Positions 16,409 to 20,000 of a DNA stretch of 20,000 bases are shown here, in pieces; the first letter of the stretch is position 1; each line of letters begins with the position of its first letter. The position numbers and the translations under genes are program-made. Source of the stretch: an uncultured virus (IMG/VR IMGVR_UViG_3300025922_000011) (lineage: Duplodnaviria; Heunggongvirae; Uroviricota; Caudoviricetes); IMG/VR virus record IMGVR_UViG_3300025922_000011; one strand, 5' to 3'. The notes below the pieces were generated by a model. The model did no database searches. It was not told where the DNA came from and saw nothing but the letters and a program-made list of their open reading frames with translations.

Positions 16409-16725
16409 GACACGGCGACAAGATCGTAAAGGCCATCGCGGTGCTCGGGGTGATGGCTTTGGGATTGTTAGCCGGCCGAGCATCGTCAGCGACTAAATGC
16501 CGGAGCGTCGCCACCACCGTCGCTGTGGCGAGCAGTGCACCGGAAAATCTTGCCGTCGATTGCCCCTTCGCGTACCGACATCTAGTGGCCATCAACTGCG
16601 AGCACAGCGAGCGCTGGGTGGATCTCTGTCAGGCGGCTGAACGCGCAGGCGTCAGCATGCACCTGGTGTGTGTGGAAGCTTCGGAGAACTGCACGATGGC
16701 CAAGAAGTGCCTAGGAGAGCCATGA
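16405..16725 (+). CDS. Exported Cys-rich small protein (106 aa)
   Basis: Signal-like N-terminus, seven Cys; ATGA overlaps on both sides. Confidence 0.65.
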   Translation: MRHGDKIVKAIAVLGVMALGLLAGRASSATKCRSVATTVAVASSAPENLAVDCPFAYRHLVAINCEHSERWVDLCQAAERAGVSMHLVCVEASENCTMAKKCLGEP

Positions 16726-17423
16726 GCATCACGACCTTCGTCCAAGCGCCGCCCGCCGTGCGGAAGGGTTGGGAGCAAGTAGCCGAGAGTATCGAGCAGA
16801 GCGACATCGGTAAAGACTACACGCTCATTCTGCAGCCGCCTGAGCTCAGCATCCGCCAGAACTTCATGGCGATCCTCAAACGCATGGGACAATGCAAGAC
16901 CGAGATGGTGCTGCGCCTCGAAGATGACGTGCTCGTCAACCGCTACATCCTCGAAAACATCGAGAGCTGGCCCGAGCGTCATGAGGAGCGCTTTGGCTGC
17001 GGCTGGTGCTTCGATCCGGGCGGCACGACGTACTCGGTGCGCGATCGCATGTACCAGCGGCCGCCCACGCAAAACCGCTGGGTCAACGTTCCGCACCTCG
17101 CCTATTCGCAAGCGGTGCTCTTTTACGTCAAGGACATGAAGGAAGTGAGCCATTACGTCTGGCAATGGTTCTCATCGCGTGGCGGATTGAAACAGCCCAA
17201 GGCGTGCGAGCAGGACTTGGCGATCGCTTGGGCCATCAATCAGATGAAGCGCCAGGTCTGCATTCATGCACCGAGCTTGGCCGAGCACCTGATCGACATG
17301 CCGAGCTCGCTCGGCCACAACCATCCGCAGAACTCGGGCACGAGCAACGGCACGTTCAGCGTCGAATGGCGCCGCAGCGCCGGTTACGTGGATCGCTTCG
17401 GCCGTGCGGTGACTACCGCTTAG
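16722..17423 (+). CDS. GT-A fold glycosyltransferase-like protein (233 aa)
   Basis: VLRLEDDV, YSQAVLF, EQDLAI and PSLAEH motifs; GGAG RBS and ATGA overlap at 16722. Confidence 0.7.
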   Translation: MSITTFVQAPPAVRKGWEQVAESIEQSDIGKDYTLILQPPELSIRQNFMAILKRMGQCKTEMVLRLEDDVLVNRYILENIESWPERHEERFGCGWCFDPGGTTYSVRDRMYQRPPTQNRWVNVPHLAYSQAVLFYVKDMKEVSHYVWQWFSSRGGLKQPKACEQDLAIAWAINQMKRQVCIHAPSLAEHLIDMPSSLGHNHPQNSGTSNGTFSVEWRRSAGYVDRFGRAVTTA

Positions 17424-18973
17424 AGCCCGAGCGCCGCGCGACCCTTCTCCAGATCCTCAAGGCTCGTGCCGCTCATCCAAGTGGGCGGCTTCTTGTCGCC
17501 CGTGAGCACCGGTGCGAACGCGTCCACGATGCGGTCCAGATCGATGTACGGACCCTCGGCGCTGTGCTCCCAATTCTCGTTGGCCACTTCCGCACGGAGT
17601 CGGAAGAGAGCAAACGAATCGGCATCTTCAGGCCACTCGGCATCGTCGCCGTCCTCGAAGACCGCCTTAAGGAGCTTCTCCTCGAATTCGCTCTGGTAGG
17701 CATTCTCCCAGGCTTCGTTTTCCTTCTCGGTCTCGTGCATCGAGTGATGCTCTTCATCGAGCAGCGGATAGTCTTCGAGCGCGCCGAGTGATTGCTGGAG
17801 ATCTGGATCGAGTGCATCGTAGACGACCAGGATCGCGTAGGTACCGTGCCCGCCATAAGCGTCGGCCCAAACAGCGGGCGATTGTCCGCTCGGATGCGAC
17901 TCCTCGAGCAACTCACGCAGGACTTCGTAGTTGGAGCGATTGACGGTACCGCCCGAGTAATCGGAACCCGAAGCGTATTCGACTTCGTACCACTGCGGCT
18001 TGTCGCCCCGCTCCTTGCCGGCATCGAAGTGCCCGTAGGAGAGCTGCTCGCCGTTCGCTTCGGGCGCCTCGTGATAGTCGAATTTGATCGCGCGTAGATG
18101 CTGAGGGATGTCGCGCGGATCGGTCGCATTGACCGCGAAGTGATGACGCTTGCTCGATCGGCCGTAGCTTCGCTCGGGATCGAATGGCCGCTCCTCGCGC
18201 ACGACGATCTGACGCACACGGCCGAGCGACGGATCGACCGTACGGCGCCGACGCGGTGGAGGCGGAGGCTCCGAGGGGTTGAGATGATAGTTGCCGAGTT
18301 TCGCCTCGGTCTCGAATTCTTCGGCCAACGTTCTGGCCACTTCGCGGCGCGTGGGCACGCTGAACATCCGGCTCCAATCGCTCGGATCGGCGTATTCCTT
18401 GGCGTAGCGCTTGGCGCCCGCTTCAACGAGATACATCCAGGCATCGACCGAGCGAGCCGTATCGAATGAGCCGGCCTTCATCTTGCGCAAGAGGTTCTTG
18501 CGGATCGATTCGGCCTGCGAGCGCGGACCGAAGAGCGCGGCCTCGTTGGTGATGTAGAGCTCGAGCTCGTGCGCGGCGGTTTCGTCCAATTGTCCAGCGT
18601 TAGAGTGCATGGTGGCTCCAGAATTGCGCATGTGTTGAGTGTGCCCGTAGGCAAGAGGCGGAGTGACCGAAAGCGGTTCGTTCAGAGGACGGAAGGTATC
18701 TTCGTAGCTGAGCTCGGTGACGATCCAGTGCAAGGGAACTCCCGAGCGCCAATCACGCGGTGACGATTCAGCGATGAGCGCGAACATGGCATCGGAGGCC
18801 TTGTCGCGCCGCTCGTCCAAAGCCTCAAGCTTCTTCTGCTGCGTGCGGGTCAGCCAAGAATTCTGGTATTTGCCGTAATGGCGCGTCAGATCATTCTTGA
18901 AAGCATCGAGCGCTTCGTCGGCCGCGAGATAGCGCGCGCGGGCCTTGTCGAACTTTTCACGCGAAACGGCCAT
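17420..18973 (-). CDS. Multi-module phage protein (517 aa)
   Basis: ATG 18973 overlaps the upstream TGA; three globular-looking blocks with linkers; internal GGAG-5 nt-ATG at 18610. Confidence 0.75.
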   Translation of the reverse strand: MAVSREKFDKARARYLAADEALDAFKNDLTRHYGKYQNSWLTRTQQKKLEALDERRDKASDAMFALIAESSPRDWRSGVPLHWIVTELSYEDTFRPLNEPLSVTPPLAYGHTQHMRNSGATMHSNAGQLDETAAHELELYITNEAALFGPRSQAESIRKNLLRKMKAGSFDTARSVDAWMYLVEAGAKRYAKEYADPSDWSRMFSVPTRREVARTLAEEFETEAKLGNYHLNPSEPPPPPRRRRTVDPSLGRVRQIVVREERPFDPERSYGRSSKRHHFAVNATDPRDIPQHLRAIKFDYHEAPEANGEQLSYGHFDAGKERGDKPQWYEVEYASGSDYSGGTVNRSNYEVLRELLEESHPSGQSPAVWADAYGGHGTYAILVVYDALDPDLQQSLGALEDYPLLDEEHHSMHETEKENEAWENAYQSEFEEKLLKAVFEDGDDAEWPEDADSFALFRLRAEVANENWEHSAEGPYIDLDRIVDAFAPVLTGDKKPPTWMSGTSLEDLEKGRAALGL

Positions 18974-19389
18974 CAGTCTTCTTCTTCGGCGTAGCAATCC
19001 TCATCGTTCGGATCGCAGCCCTTGGTGGCCATGTACTCGATGACGTCCTGCTGCATCGCGTAGAACATCAAGACTTCGTACGGCACGCTGTCCCGGCAAT
19101 CGAGATCGCCGATGCCTTCTTCGAAGTAGGCATCATGATTCTCCGATGCGATGAGCCCCAGGCGCGCTTGCCACGTGTAGATGACACGCGCGGCGCCATC
19201 GATGTCCTGGTGGAGGATATCGGAGAAATCGGAAGGGTCGGTGATGTCACCGCTCTTGATGCGCGCGATAAGATCGTCACCGTGATCGGCCACGTCCGAA
19301 TAGTAATCGCGCGTGATAACCGCGACGGCATCCTGTACATCACGTTCGGTGACCGTGGCCTCGGCTGCTTTACTTCTACGCCTCGGCAT
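18973..19389 (-). CDS. Ocr-like (T7 gp0.3-like) acidic DNA-mimic/anti-restriction protein (138 aa)
   Basis: Y..V.DH...I...DI.D..D..D..H...D.A...Y...ASE..D..FE pattern matches T7 Ocr as recalled; very acidic with EEED tail. Confidence 0.65.
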   Translation of the reverse strand: MPRRRSKAAEATVTERDVQDAVAVITRDYYSDVADHGDDLIARIKSGDITDPSDFSDILHQDIDGAARVIYTWQARLGLIASENHDAYFEEGIGDLDCRDSVPYEVLMFYAMQQDVIEYMATKGCDPNDEDCYAEEED

Positions 19390-19756
19390 CCTCGTCCTCT
19401 TCTGGTTCAGAGTTTTCGTCGACCTCTTCGTCGGTAGCAGCGTCGGCCGCTTCACCCTCGGCATCATTGATGGCATCTTGCCAGCGATCCTCAAGCTCGT
19501 CCTCTTCCTTGAAGTAACGGACGTTGAAGGTGCCGTCGGCTTTCTCGATGACGATGCAGCCTGCCTGCTCACTCAGAAAGTCAGCGTCCTCCTGCTCGAT
19601 GTCGTAAGCGCTCTCAAGATCGTCAAGCAAGCTTTCGCCGTCGCGAAACAAGAGCATGCGCAAATGCGGCGGCGCATCGAGATCGCCGTACTCCTCATCG
19701 ACCAGCAGGTGGTCGAGCTGAGAGTGGATCGCTTTATTGAGAAAAATGCGGGTCAT
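19376..19756 (-). CDS. Highly acidic hypothetical protein (126 aa)
   Basis: Roughly one third D/E; overlaps the start of the Ocr-like gene. Confidence 0.7.
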   Translation of the reverse strand: MTRIFLNKAIHSQLDHLLVDEEYGDLDAPPHLRMLLFRDGESLLDDLESAYDIEQEDADFLSEQAGCIVIEKADGTFNVRYFKEEDELEDRWQDAINDAEGEAADAATDEEVDENSEPEEDEDAEA

Positions 19757-19759
19757 TTT

Positions 19760-20000
19760 TCAGCGCGCGTACTTACGCTCCAGCAGCTCCTCATACGCTA
19801 CCCTGGTCAAGTCATGGGCTTGAGCCATAGCCTCGGAACCTTCTGATCTGGCCTTGCGTGCCGCCCATCGCTCCCAATCGATGCGAGCAAGAATATCTTT
19901 ACGAGTCTCTTCGTGTCCGAAACGCGCCGGTCCACGCGGCGCAATTTGCTTCGAAGTGTTGCGCCGTAGCGGCATCTTCTTATTCGGCTGGTACTTACGC
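19760..20000 (-). CDS. Hypothetical protein, possibly 5'-truncated by the window edge
   Basis: Frame stays open upstream of ATG 19975 to the window end (RKYQPNKK-MPLRRN...). Confidence 0.55.
   Translation of the reverse strand, partial: RKYQPNKKMPLRRNTSKQIAPRGPARFGHEETRKDILARIDWERWAARKARSEGSEAMAQAHDLTRVAYEELLERKYAR

Larger units (their letters stand above)
1..20000. mobile_element. Segment of a probable bacteriophage/prophage genome (boundaries not in window)
   Basis: Spike/fibre-like paralogs, GH73-like lysin, Ocr-like protein, many short hypothetical genes with ATGA/GTGA overlaps; no housekeeping genes recognised. Confidence 0.8.

Noticed and set aside
19769..20000. 10-nt direct repeat gtacttacgc (19769-19778, 19991-20000)
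   Set aside because: Both copies encode RKY in the same ORF and the second is cut by the window edge, so it cannot be evaluated
1..20000. Host assignment to myxobacteria from GC content, H-NOX/REC style and S/T-x-P-P motifs
   Set aside because: Suggestive only; needs homology searches. No tRNA, rRNA or att site was recognised to anchor it

Overview
GC-rich, densely coding window that looks like part of a virus or prophage genome. No housekeeping, capsid, terminase, integrase or polymerase gene is recognisable here, so the virus type is unresolved. It has two paralogous cassettes in opposite orientation (5708->2083 and 12024->14921). Each pairs a beta-helix spike-like gene with a LamG-like gene. 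A third spike-like gene shares the same N-terminal module, and there is also a Trp-repeat fibre-like gene, two glycosyltransferases, a GH73-like muramidase, a degenerate M23 protein, a stand-alone receiver domain, a degenerate H-NOX protein and several small membrane proteins. A minus-strand cluster at the right end carries an Ocr-like DNA mimic and a multi-module protein. Signals the ORF track misses: (i) a family of promoter-like elements 6-10 nt before start codons, with GAG(C)TTTTTGG in front of all four spike/fibre genes; (ii) a C8 tract that frameshifts spike gene B, where a paralog has an in-frame C7 tract; (iii) an orphan gene tail behind cassette A that forms a 23-bp perfect inverted repeat with the end of cassette B; (iv) a probable CTG start; (v) a recurring hydrophobic-x-x-N motif at module junctions of the right-end proteins. 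All family assignments come from motif recognition by eye, not from database searches.
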